64,000 nt of DNA, from assembly GCA_002269645.1 (NCBI GenBank), contig NIVC01003196.1, positions 1 through 64,000 of the forward strand, read 5' to 3'. The position numbers and the translations under genes are program-made. This document shows, in pieces, positions 12,298-22,943 of this stretch. Within the stretch, counting starts at the first letter, position 1; each line of letters opens with the position of its first letter. Source of the stretch: Macrostomum lignano (taxonomy: Eukaryota). The notes under the pieces are model-generated. The model searched no databases, had not been told where the DNA came from, and saw only the letters and a list, made by a program, of their open reading frames with translations.

Positions 12298-14959
12298 ATG
12301 TCCGACCAGCAGCAGCAGCCGTCGGAGTCCGGAGGAGCCGGTCACAAGCGACCCCGACCAGACGATGACAGCGAAGAATTAGAAATAGCGGTGGACGCTG
12401 ACCCGGAGGCTGGGGAAGATGACGCCGCCGATGAGCTGCTCCGCATGGACGATCTGTTTGGCGAGCACGAGGCTCTGTACGGGTCCTCGTCTGAGACGGA
12501 GTGCACCTACAGCAGCGGCTACATGGCCAGACAGCCGGTGTACGCCTGTCAAACCTGCCAGACGGACGGCCCGGCCGCCATCTGCTACGGTTGCGCTAAG
12601 CGCTGTCACGAAGGTGTGCTGCTGGTTGATTATTTAATTACTGTTCTCAGCCGCTCTCGCTGGCATTTGGTTCCACAAGGCAGCTACGAGTATTGCGCGG
12701 CGCATCTGAAGTCTGCGTACGGCTGTTCAGTCCAAGGACTGTGGGGGGGGGGTCGCAACACACCCTCAAAGGACTGGGGGTCCCCAGCTCTTTTTATTAG
12801 AGGCAGGGGGGTTGTGTGCACCCTGGCGCACTTTAAGCGACATAGGCACACAACCGGCGAGAGGCATTACTGCCCATTCCGCCGACTCCCCTGAGCAGGC
12901 ACACAAGCGCACGGATACGTACGCAGGCACACACTCACACAGGAGTGTACAGCGGCCCTAACTTTATATTATCGTTAGGCATGTACACTTCACTGCGCCT
13001 TGGGGGGTTGGCTCTCAAGGCCGTTAATTGCACGAGCAGAGCTAAGCCGAGATTCCAATTCAGCCCCAAATTAATGTGGCTGCACTTGGAATCGAGCCTG
13101 GGTCGCTGGCACACCAGAGCAGCTGCGCTACCGCTGGGCTACGCCCCCCCCTGGGGTCCCCAGCTAATGCTGGCACCAATTTTACAGCTGGATGAACTTA
13201 AGCTCAAGGACACAAATTGTTCCAGTGGGATCGGGAATCGAACCCCCGACCTTCAAGTTCTGAATCCGACGCTCTAACCACTAGGCTACAACCCCCTATT
13301 TGGCTACGATCCCATGCCCGTTAAAAACGTTACCGTGACAAGAAGCGCTAAAGATTCATTGCTAACATCTCACTAGTGACTCTGGGCGACTCTTAGTTGA
13401 CTTAAATAAAGTTGTTATAAATGCGAAATGCGATTCTAATTTATTTGAGTGACGCAGATGCGCTTTAGACGCAACTCAACGAGTCAAAGCGACTCTAACA
13501 CGACTCAGATTCTACGTCGCAGACAATAAAGCGCTTCAAATTCTGATCAGAGCGTCGGACTCGCGACTGAAAGGTCGGGGGTTCGATTCCCGATCCCACT
13601 CGGAACAATTTGTGTCCTTGAGCAAGACACTTAACTCTGCTGTGCTTCAGTTCACCCAGCTGTAAAATGGGTGCCAGCATTGGCTGGGGTAATTGAGGCT
13701 GTGTGTGGCGACCCAGCTGAGCTATCGGTTGCACATCTGCCCATTAGGCCAGGTGTAATCAATTATTATTAATTATAACCTCAAGCTTCCGCTCTCATCC
13801 CTCCATTCGCCAAGGCCACGACCTGCTCGAGCTCTACTCAAAGCGTCAGCTGGCCTGCGACTGCGGCAACGCCAAGTTCGATGCGGTCCGCGACCCAACT
13901 AGCGGAGAGAAGTTCGTGTGCCAATTGTGCGAGTTCAAAACCATCAACTACGATAATAAATATAATCAGAATTTTGCCGGTCTGTACTGCATCTGCTCCA
14001 GGCCGTATCCGGATCCTGACGGCCAGCTCGCTAACGAGGAGATGCTGCAGTGTACTGTCTGCGAGGACTGGTACCACTCCTGTCATCTGACCGTGCCCAA
14101 GGCTGACTGCCTGCGTGTCGAGTCCTACGAAGAGCTGGTGTGTCAGCTGTGCTGCGCTAGGCTGCCTTACCTGCGGCACTATGCCCTGCCTGATACTGCA
14201 GCTGCATCGTCTGACACCCCGGCTGGATCTTCTGAAACTAAGGCTGGATCGTCTGACACCCCGGCTGGATCTTCTGACACCCCGGCTGGAGCGTCTGACA
14301 TCCCGGCTGGATCTTCTGACACCCCGGCTGGAGCGTCTGACACCCCGGCTGGAGCGTCTGACACCCTAGCTGGAACTTCTGACACTAAGGCTGGATCGTC
14401 TGACATCCCAGCTGGAACTTCTGACACCAAGGCTGGATCGTCTGACGCTTCGAGTAGCTCGCCAGCAACCAAGCAGCCTGGCGCTCAACGCCGCTGCACT
14501 CTGCCAGCCGCTGCCGACTCCTCGTCCGACGCCGCCGCCACCGCGCCCTGCGCCCTCCTGATGCCTTCCGGTTGGCGCCGGCGCCTCTGCCGCTGCGCCG
14601 ACTGTGAATCGGCTTACGCCCGCGACAATGTCGCCTTCCTGACCGATCCCGCCGACTCCCTGGCCGAGTTCGAGCTGGCCAACCGGCGGACAGCCGAGGA
14701 GCAGAGCCGGCCGGAGAACGTGCTGCGCAGTCTGGCCAGCGCCGGCGTGCCGCACGTCTCCGTCCAGCTGGTAGCCAGCGCCATCGGCGACTTCCGGCGG
14801 GGCCTGTCGCGCGCGATGGCCAGCGTGTTGGCCGACAAGAACTGCTCGGACGGACAGCCGGCCGTCATCACCAGGGATGACGCTGATCGAATCCTGGCTA
14901 TGATGGCGCCGGTGCTGGCTAAACGAGCTCGGTTCCAGCCTCCCGACACCTGCCGCTGA
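12298..14959 (+). CDS. UBR7: E3 ubiquitin ligase/histone chaperone UBR7 (UBR-box + PHD finger); exons 12298-12613 and 13815-14959
   Basis: CTYSSGYMARQPVYACQTC...AICYGCAKRCHEG/HDLLELYSKRQLACDCGN (UBR box, split by a phase-1 GT-AG intron). NKYNQNFAGLYCICSRPYPDP...MLQCTVCEDWYH (PHD). Then GWRRRLCRCADC and VAFLTDPADS. Confidence 0.93.
12650..13288 (-). mobile_element. tRNA-derived SINE family A in the UBR7 intron, interrupted by a nested SINE B
   Basis: Minus-strand head tagcctagtggttagagcgtcgg...gggttcgattcc (A and B boxes). Body gtgtccttgag...cagctgtaaaat.ggtgccagcattagctgggg. The 3' part ggctgttcagtccaaggactg is shared with the copy at ~24990-25025. Confidence 0.8.
12790..13152 (-). mobile_element. 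tRNA-derived SINE family B, apparently full length, flanked by a 13-bp TSD
   Basis: Minus-strand head gggggcgtagcccagcggtagcgc...ggctcgattcc and an A-rich tail. Direct repeat ggggtccccagct at 12777-12789 and 13153-13165. Body is homologous to 17222-17410 and partly to ~32255-32310 and ~15735-15770. Confidence 0.8.
13549..13777 (+). mobile_element. tRNA-derived SINE family A copy, inverted relative to the 13166-13288 copy
   Basis: agagcgtcggac...gggggttcgattcccgatcccac..gaacaatttgtgtccttgagcaagacacttaac...cagctgtaaaatgggtgccagc, ending in an (att)n tail. Confidence 0.82.
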
Positions 14960-15804
14960 CTCGCGCTCTTCTATTTGGCGTCTGAACTCGCATGGCAACC
15001 AATCAGACTAACAAATGCTGCATCTTTTAGCATTGCTGACGCCTCTGCAAGTAGTTTAGATCTACTTCATGTTTGACAGTGTCTGACAGCATGTTTGACA
15101 GTATCTGACAGCAGGTTTGACAGCATGTTTGACAGTATCTGACAGCAGGTTTGATTGTGACTGTCCGACAGCCAACTGTTACGATGGAAGCATCTTTGGT
15201 ACGCAGTGAGAGGTCAGTGAGGCAAGTCTTCGCCTATTGGAACGGTTTTTGTTTCATTTTTCACTTTTTTTCAATTCTGAGACCGAAAATCAGTCTTAGC
15301 TGCGTTTATGTAATCAACTACATAATTGTTCAAGCACTTTTATATATGTAACTTATTATTTTATATCCTAAAAAGCTTACTATTTCTCATGGCACCGTGT
15401 TTTTCGTTATAATTACCACCGTAATGTCAGTAGTAGTGCTGTGGTGTATCATTTTTCAATACAATATCGGCCATCACCCACCGTATGATAAATACCAAAT
15501 TAACTTTTTTTAAATCTCATTTTCAATGTCGTTTAGCAGCCTTTCACGTACGAACTGTGGAAAAAATATATAAAAATATATTGCATTCAAGCACACTTAT
15601 TTTTGTGTTTATTATAGCAGTCAAAAAGCATCCAGTTGAATTTTGTTATTTGTTGGTAAAATTCTGATTCAAACAGCTTTAATAACTGCTTAAACTGATG
15701 GGTTGCCGTTGGCGCCTCAGCAGCACATCCTAGACACACGCTCACACCGGGTGTACAGCAGCCATGACTCATCGTATTGGTATTCGATAATTGTTAATCG
15801 CTCT

Positions 15805-16150
15805 CAGTTGCTGGGCCAGCCTCCCAGATCCTCAGTTGCTGGGCCAGCCTCTCTGATCCTCAGTTACTGGGCAGCCTCTCAGATCCTTAGATGCTGATCC
15901 AGCCTCTCAGATCCTCAGTTGCTGGGCAGCCTCTCAGATCCTTAGATGCTGATCTAGCCTCTCAGATCCTTAGATGCTGATCCAGCCTCTCAGATCCGTA
16001 GATGCTGGGCCAGTCTCTCAGATCCTCAGTTGCTGGGCCAGCCTCCCAGATCCCCAGTTGCTGGGCCAGCCCCCCAGATCCCCAGTTGCTCGGCCAGCCT
16101 CCAGATTCTCATTTGCTGGGCCAGCCTCTCAGATCCTCAGTTTCTGGACC
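15805..16150. repeat. minisatellite related to the TECR-upstream array (ccagcctctcagatcctcagttgctggg)
   Basis: Same core unit as 9885-10277, more degenerate. Confidence 0.85.
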
Positions 16151-16462
16151 ACCATCCTAGATCCATCCTGGAATACAGGTACAAGTCACGCTTGTCACAG
16201 TTGAGGTCAAACAACAAAATTGGTTCTTGCTTCAAATACGTATGCTCAGTCTGATTTGTTTGTCGCTCATTACGACCAGCAAGAATACCTGCAAAATGCA
16301 CTCCGAACCAAAGCAAAGACAAAAGGCCAATTGATGCGGTTCAGCAGCGCCTGGCTCAGCTGCCACCCTAATAATCGCGATTGTCTTCAAATTGATTTTT
16401 CTATATTTTAATTCACAAGAGAAACATAATCTTTTAAGAAGGTGCAATGCAGAGAAACCTCC

Positions 16463-18946
16463 CTAGCACCTGTACATGGCCTTCAGGATGGCCACGTCTC
16501 CGGCAGCCATGCGGCTTCGCTGCCCAATGACGACACCGTCGGGCACGGCGCCCGGCTTCGGTACGATGGTGCGCTGGCCGTTCTTGCTAAAGGCGGTCAG
16601 GCCGTAGTGCATCTGGCTGCCGAAGTCGTAGCGCACGTTGTAGGTGCCGACCTGGGAGCTGCTCTTCTTGTTGAAGTTGTGCTCGTAGCCTGGAAGGGCA
16701 GCGGATCGAAACAGGTGCGGATTAAGCCTTTTTCAATTGTCCTTCCGCAGAGCAAAGCTGACGGCATCTATTTACAGGTCCTCCAGCAAGGCTTACCGGA
16801 GCGGACGTTCTCCAGGGCGATGCTCACGTAGCTGTCACGGTCGGGCCGGCTTTGCTGGTGGTAAACACCTGTTTGATGCAAATTTGAGTACATGTACTGT
16901 TGTTATTATGAATAAACTTGCACTAATCTTGCGCTAGTATTCGACAATTACCGAGGCTGTGCTGGAACTCGTGCATGATGTTGCCAACGGAGCAGCGGGT
17001 GGACAGGTTCACGTAGGTGGTGCGGCCCCAGTAGCCAACGGTGGCTGAGCAGCTGCATTGTTGTGGAGATTATTATAATAAACTGATTTTTAGTATCAAG
17101 TAGGATATTTTACGTCTGGGTAATCTGGATACAGAATATAAAACAGCCTATTCTGAAATAGCATTTACTTGATGCAAGATGGTGGTGATGTTGATTAAAA
17201 TAACACCAAATTTGAGCAACTAACGCCCTTGAGGGCCAACCCCAAGGCGCAGTGAAGTGTACATGCCTAACGTTAAATTAAAGTTAGGGCCGCTGTACAC
17301 TTCTGTGTGAGTGTGTGCCTGTGCGTATGACAGCGTACGTATCCGCGCGCTTGTGTGATTGCTCAGGGAAGTCTGCGGAATGGGCAGCAATGCCTCTCGC
17401 CGGTTGTGTGACAATGGAGTGCAATATCCTGCGAATCTACATTACAAAAGAATTGGTCAAATTCTCCTCGAGTATCACACGGAAAATGTGGCTCACCCGC
17501 TGCCGGGACGGATCAGAACGTAGCGACTGCCATCGCTGGAGCTGGCCTGACGGAACTTGATGCAGTTTCCAGTCTCCCTGTTCACGTTGGTCATGGCGGT
17601 CCTCACCTTGTCTCTGGTGGAAGAGGCTGCGGAAGGGAGTTTTCAGAAAAGATCCGATTACATAGTTGCCATCTATTTTGCCGTCTTGGTTTCGGATATC
17701 TTTTAAGTCGGAGCTTTAACTGGAGGCAACCCTCAGTCGCGCCAACATTTGGTGCCTGGGTGGGCGCCCCTCTATATTCTGTCCTCTAGTAGGAGGCTGC
17801 TGGATACCACGTCCAAGAGGTGGCAAAGCCGTTGAGCTGTAGTTTGCCTCTTTGATTCAGTCTTCGGAGTCCCTACGCCATTTAAAGCAGGACACCTTGA
17901 CGAAGGGCCGATTTCGCTTTGAAATACATCAGTACGAGCGTACATCAGTATAATACATCAGTACGAGCGTACATCAGTATAATACATCAGTACGAGCGTA
18001 CATCAGTATAATACATCAGTACGAGCGTACATCAGTATAATACATCAGTACGAGCGTACATCAGTATAATACATCAGTACGAGCGTACATCAGTATAATA
18101 CATCAGTATAATACATCAGTCGTAAAATCATAGGCAGTTACTCCAATTTCTAACACTAAGAATTGACAAGAGAAATGATTGACAGTACAACCAATTATGT
18201 AACTTTGGAGGGAGTTTATGTAATGAATTTTCAATTTTTTGATACATTATTGTTAGGCTGTAACTATAAACTACAATAGCTACTATAGAGCTGCATGTAA
18301 GTAGTATCGGGGTTCACATTTATCGCAACCGCACTCACGCAGGCTGGAGTCCAGTCTGTAGACGATGACACCTCCCGGCCACCTGTTAGCCGTGTTCAAC
18401 AGTCCAGAGAATGCCTGCAGGACAAGAAACCAGTTCCCATAGATACTATTAACTTACGCTCGAGTCAGGTGAGATGCCTGTTCACATCAGGTGAAAGAGA
18501 ATTGCTCACCCCCTTGAAAGGCTCGATCATGTCGCCCTCGATCTCGTTGCCATACTCGGGCGCGGCGGGGTCTTCAACGAATGGCTGGAATTGTTGCCAG
18601 AGAGCCTTTTCATTTGATCTGCCAATTCTCTGCTACTGCGGATTAACCTTTTCTACCCTGCCCTGTCTCACAAGTCCTCTGAGACTCTTGGTTCACTTTC
18701 TAATCTACTTAACATGTAGCTCCACGGCCTATCTCTGCCTCCAAAGTCTACTCTGCCTTTATGGCCTAATTTACGCCCCCAGCCTTTCTACCTCCAAAAC
18801 CTATAGTCCCCACCCTGCATTTAACACTTTCTATCTTCGCTACCACACAGTCGTGGCCCTAGTATCAAGCTTAGTTGATACGATCGATGTCTTACAGCGG
18901 CAATGGCGACTCCGACAAGAACGCAGACCGACAGCAGGCGAAGCAT
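16463..18946 (-). CDS. astacin-family (M12A) zinc metalloprotease, copy A; exons 18946-18896, 18584-18510, 18414-18339, 17626-17497, 17052-16952, 16868-16797, 16689-16463; ~243 aa
   Basis: Signal peptide MLRLLSVCVLVGVAIAA, propeptide with EIEGDM, RWPGGVIVY, NCIKF, GCSATVG, zinc motif HEFQHSLGVYHQQSRPDRDSYV, Met-turn YDFGSQMHYG, C-terminal MYRC*. All six introns are GT-AG with consistent phases. Confidence 0.92.
17222..17410 (+). mobile_element. SINE family B partial copy in astacin A intron 4
   Basis: Reverse complement aligns to ~12840-13020 (ccaaggcgcagtgaagtgtacatgcctaacg...gttagggccgctgtacac...cgtacgtatccg...gggcag.aatgcctctcgccggttgtgtg). Confidence 0.78.
17925..18120. repeat. 29-bp minisatellite (tacatcagtacgagcgtacatcagtataa) in astacin A intron 3
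   Basis: About 6 perfect copies. Confidence 0.93.
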
Positions 18947-19541
18947 TTCTATTTTAGCTTTCGGACAGAGTGAGACGATTTGCAGTCGGACTATGATTGG
19001 ATCTATAAACCACAAAGCTACATGTATGAACTAAACTCTGTTATATAATAATTTGTCAACCAGTAGATTCCCCGCCTATCGCCCGGCTGCTGCGGTCTCA
19101 CGGTTAAGAAAACCCGTCATTCCGTCAGTAAGCCCGAGACCAATATTTCATTTTCCCACCCAACATGCCTGACAACTGGGTGCGTATAGATTCTTAAATT
19201 AAACTGTATCGCAAAGAGGTATCTTATCCGTAGTTAAACTTACAGACTTGGGGGGGGGGCAGTGCTGGAACCGCAAAGACATGCCAAGCAACTCGGTCAG
19301 TTCCCTATCTGCACAGCAGTTGGTGAATTTGTTTGGCCAGCAGATTTATCGCAGCAATATTCGGCTTTTTTCCTGCTGAATCCTCACGAATGCCTGCATT
19401 TGCTCGGCTGTTCGTTCGTGCGCAATCGTCAGCATTTACGACTATGCAACGAGTCGGACTGTTGGGCAAAACGTTTCTTTAACCTTTATCGTGATATGGC
19501 TACATTTAACTTCAGAACAGGAGTCGGTAAACATTTTTTAC

Positions 19542-19760
19542 CTCAAGGGCCAGATGGAGAACCTGTAGAGCATGACTGCAGGCCAAAGAAGAGAGAATAG
19601 AGAAGAGACAAAGAGAGATGGAGAAAGGAGAGGCAAAGGAATGAATGAGAAGAGACGTGAAGAGAGAGAGAAGAGGAGAGAGGAGAGCATGTTGAAGAGG
19701 CACAAACCTTGAGCGGCCGGATTGCTATTGTGAAGTCTCACAGGACCATGTAGGGAGACT
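19542..19760 (-). mobile_element. dispersed retroposon-like 3' end with an internal purine-rich microsatellite; family also at 40410-40985, ~51340-51545 and possibly ~50670-50770
   Basis: Shared blocks cct(c/t)a.aggccagat.gaga.cct.tagagca and ttgagc.g.ccgga.ttgc.attgtgaa flank GA-rich tracts. The minus-strand end is A-rich (ggtaaaaaa). Confidence 0.55.
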
Positions 19761-19963
19761 TTGCGAGCCGGAGTTTTCCGAACCGTGCTTCAGAAAAAGT
19801 TAGCAGGTTTGAATCAAAATATTGAAACAATGCAGGATTTTCTATTGATCGAAAGTTTCACGATTTATACCGATCGAAACACGTCTGCGTTTATATTTGC
19901 TTTCGAAAAAATGGCAATATTTTGATACTATTGTTTTTGGTATTCTGCTGTACGCTGCGCTGT

Positions 19964-22943
19964 CTAGCACCTGTACATGGCCTTCAGGATGGCCACATCT
20001 CCGGCACCCATACGGCTTCGCTGCCCAATGACGACACCGTCGGGCACGGCGCCCGGTTTCGGCACGATGGTGCGCTGGCCGTTCTTGCTGAAGGCGGTCA
20101 GGCCGTAGTGCATCTGGCTGCCGAAGTCGTAGCGCACGTTGTAGGTGCCGACCTGGGAGCTGGACTGCTTGTTGAAGTTGTGCTCGTAGCCTGGAAGGAT
20201 TTCGGAACAAATAGGGCATATTTGTGATATTTCTATGGAAAGCTGACTATACACCTCTCAGTACATGCATCTGTGAGATGGATTCTTCCACTCTGGATGA
20301 ATCAAGTTAAAGGAAGTCTTCCACTCTGGATGAATCAAGTTAAAGGAAGTCTTCCACTCTGGATGCATCAAGTTGGAGAAGTCTTCCACTCTGGATGCAT
20401 CAAGTTAGAGGAAGTCTTCCACTCTGGATGCATCAAGTTGAAGGAAGTCTTCCACTCTGGATGCATCACGTTAGAGGGAGTCTTCCACTCTGGATGCATC
20501 AAGTTAGAGGAAGTCTTCCACTCTGGATGCATCAAGTTAGAGTAAGTCTTCCACAAGGACCACTGTAGTAGACACTCTACTACAGTGGTCCTTGTTCTTC
20601 CATTCTTGGATGCATCAAGTGGGAGGAAGTCTTCCAGTCTGGGGTGCATCAAGTGGGAGGAAGTCTTCCAGTCTGGGGTGTATCAAGTGGGAGGAAGTCT
20701 TCCACTCTGGGATGCATCAACGGAAAGAAAGTCTTCCACTCTGGATACATCAAGTTGGAGAAAGTCTTCCACTCTGGGATGCATCAAGTTAGAGGAAGTT
20801 TTCCACTCTGGATGCATCAAGTTAGAGGAAGTCTTCCACTCTGGATGCATCAAGTTAGAGGAAGTCTTCCACTCTGGATGCATCAAGTTAGAGGAAGTCT
20901 TCCACTCTGGATGCATCAAGTTGGAGGAAGTCTTCCACTCTGGATGCATCAAGTTGGAGAAAGTCTTCCACTCTGGATGCATCAAGTTGGAGAAAGTCTT
21001 CCACTCTGGATGCATCAAGTTGGAGAAAGTCTTCCACTCTGGATGCATCAAGTTGGAGAAAGTCTTCCACTTTGGATACATCAAGTTGGAGAAAGTCTTC
21101 CACTCTGGATGCATTAACGGAAGGAAAGTCTTCCGCTATCGGATGCATCAAGTGGTATAAAATATCCCCTTCCTACAAAGTCAGGAAAAACATTTACATC
21201 ATCTTTTCTATACTACCGACTCCCAGTAGCATATTTGTGTATTACCTGTTTATTTTCGTCGTGTTTTGTATTTTATTGCATGTTGATCCCATCCAAACTT
21301 ACCGGAAATCACATTCTCCAGCGCGATTGTCACGTAGTTATCGCGGTCAGGCCGGCTCTGCTGGTGGTACACGCCTGTTCAATGAGATTTCCGGTTTTGC
21401 TTTACATTTTAGAAAAATCAGCTACTTTTAGGACAGATTGGAGTCAAAAAGCAGCATTCAAAAGCTATGCTGAGTAGACATAAGGCGTGATGTTTTCTAA
21501 CTACATGTATATAATCCAGAAGCTTAATAATATTGATATGAGCAATCTTACCAAGGGTGTGCTGGAACTCGTGCATGATGTTGCCAACGGAGCAGCTGGT
21601 GGAAAGGTTCACGTAGGTGATGCGACCCCAGTAGCCCACGGTGGCTGAGCAGCTGCGTTGACAACGTACCAAGAAGTAATATCTTTGAGTATAGACTCAA
21701 ACGGTTAATTTTTAAGTATGAATAAAAAGTTTCTGATTAAAAAAGATGACGGCTTTGGAAAATTTTGGGCATGTGCGAAAATTTTTCAGACTCACCCGCT
21801 ACCGGGACGGATCAGAACGTAGCGACTGCCATCGTTCGAGGTGGCCTCGCGAAACTTGATGCAGTTTCCAGTCTCCCTGTTCACGTTGGTCATGGCGGTC
21901 CTCACCTTGTCTCTGGTGGTGGAGGCTGCAGGAGGTTTGTTAGTTTTATCAGGCGACGTTGTGGGTGTCTTGATTTGGGTGTCCCTGTATTGAATTGGGT
22001 GTCCCTGTCTTGAATTGGGTGTCCCTGTCTTGAATTGGGTGTCCCTGTCTTGAATTGGGTGTCCCTGTCGTGAAGTGTGAGTTGATGTCATATTCTAAAT
22101 CTGAGTAGTAAAACCTTAAACCGCTACTCAGTGAACCCATTTAAGTAGTATAGCAAGAGCAATTAAAAGTAGATAAAGTTTATCGCAACCGCACTCACGC
22201 AGGCTGGAGTCCAGTCTGTAGACGATGACACCTCCCGGCCACCTGTTAGCCGTGTTCAACAGTCCAGAGAATGCCTGCAGGACAAGAAACCATGCAGTTC
22301 CCATAGATACTAGCTGATTAACTTATGATCCAGTCAGGTGAGATGCCTGTTCACATCAGGTGAAAGAGAATTGCTCACCCCCTTGAAAGGCTCGATCATG
22401 TCGCCTTCAATCTCGTTGCCATACTCGGGCGCGGCGGGGTCAATGAACGGCTGAAATGATTGTGAAATCCGGTTTAGGGCGTGACTGAAGTCGTAGGATT
22501 TACAGTGCCGCGTCCACCTGAGAGCTGCGAGCGATCCTGTTGCTGCAGAGTACAACCTCCACTCTGCCTCCCCAGCCTACTCTGCCTCCCCAGCCTACTC
22601 TGCCTCCCCAGCCTAATCTGCCTCCCCAGCCTACTCTGCCTCCCCAGCCTACTCTGCCTCCCCAGCCTACTCTGCCTCCCCAGCCTAATCTGCCTCCCCA
22701 GCCTACTCTGCCTCCCCAGCCTACTCTGCCTCCCCAGCCTACTCTGCCTCCCCAGCCTAATCTGCCTCCCCAGCCTACTCTGCCTCCCCAGCCTACTCTG
22801 CCTCCCCAGCTTACTCTGCCTCCCCAGCCTACTCTGCCTCCCCAGCCTACTCTACCTCTACAGCCTACTCTACCCCCTCGTGGTCGACTCACGGCGGCAA
22901 TGGCGGCTCCGACAACCACGCAGATGGACAGCAGGCGAAGCAT
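19964..22943 (-). CDS. astacin-family (M12A) zinc metalloprotease, copy B; exons 22943-22893, 22450-22379, 22274-22199, 21925-21796, 21652-21552, 21374-21303, 20190-19964; ~242 aa
   Basis: Same exon sizes as copy A (51, 72 vs 75, 76, 130, 101, 72, 227). Motifs HEFQHTLGVYHQQSRPDRDNYV, SQMHYG, MYRC*. Confidence 0.92.
20275..21150. repeat. 33-bp minisatellite (gaagtcttccactctggatgcatcaagttggag) in astacin B intron 6
   Basis: About 24 copies; source of the EEVFHSGCIKL ORFs. Confidence 0.93.
21965..22070. repeat. 20-bp minisatellite (cctgtcttgaattgggtgtc) in astacin B intron 3
   Basis: About 5 copies. Confidence 0.85.
22558..22875. repeat. 18-bp minisatellite (cctccccagcctactctg) in astacin B intron 1
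   Basis: About 17 copies. Confidence 0.93.

Noticed and set aside
13080-13290. tRNA genes
   Set aside because: The A/B-box heads continue into SINE bodies and lack a complete cloverleaf acceptor stem.
18585-18640. Longer astacin exon 2 using upstream NAGNAG acceptors
   Set aside because: Similarity between the paralogues starts exactly at the ttccag/tttcag acceptor, which gives phase-0 joins in both copies.
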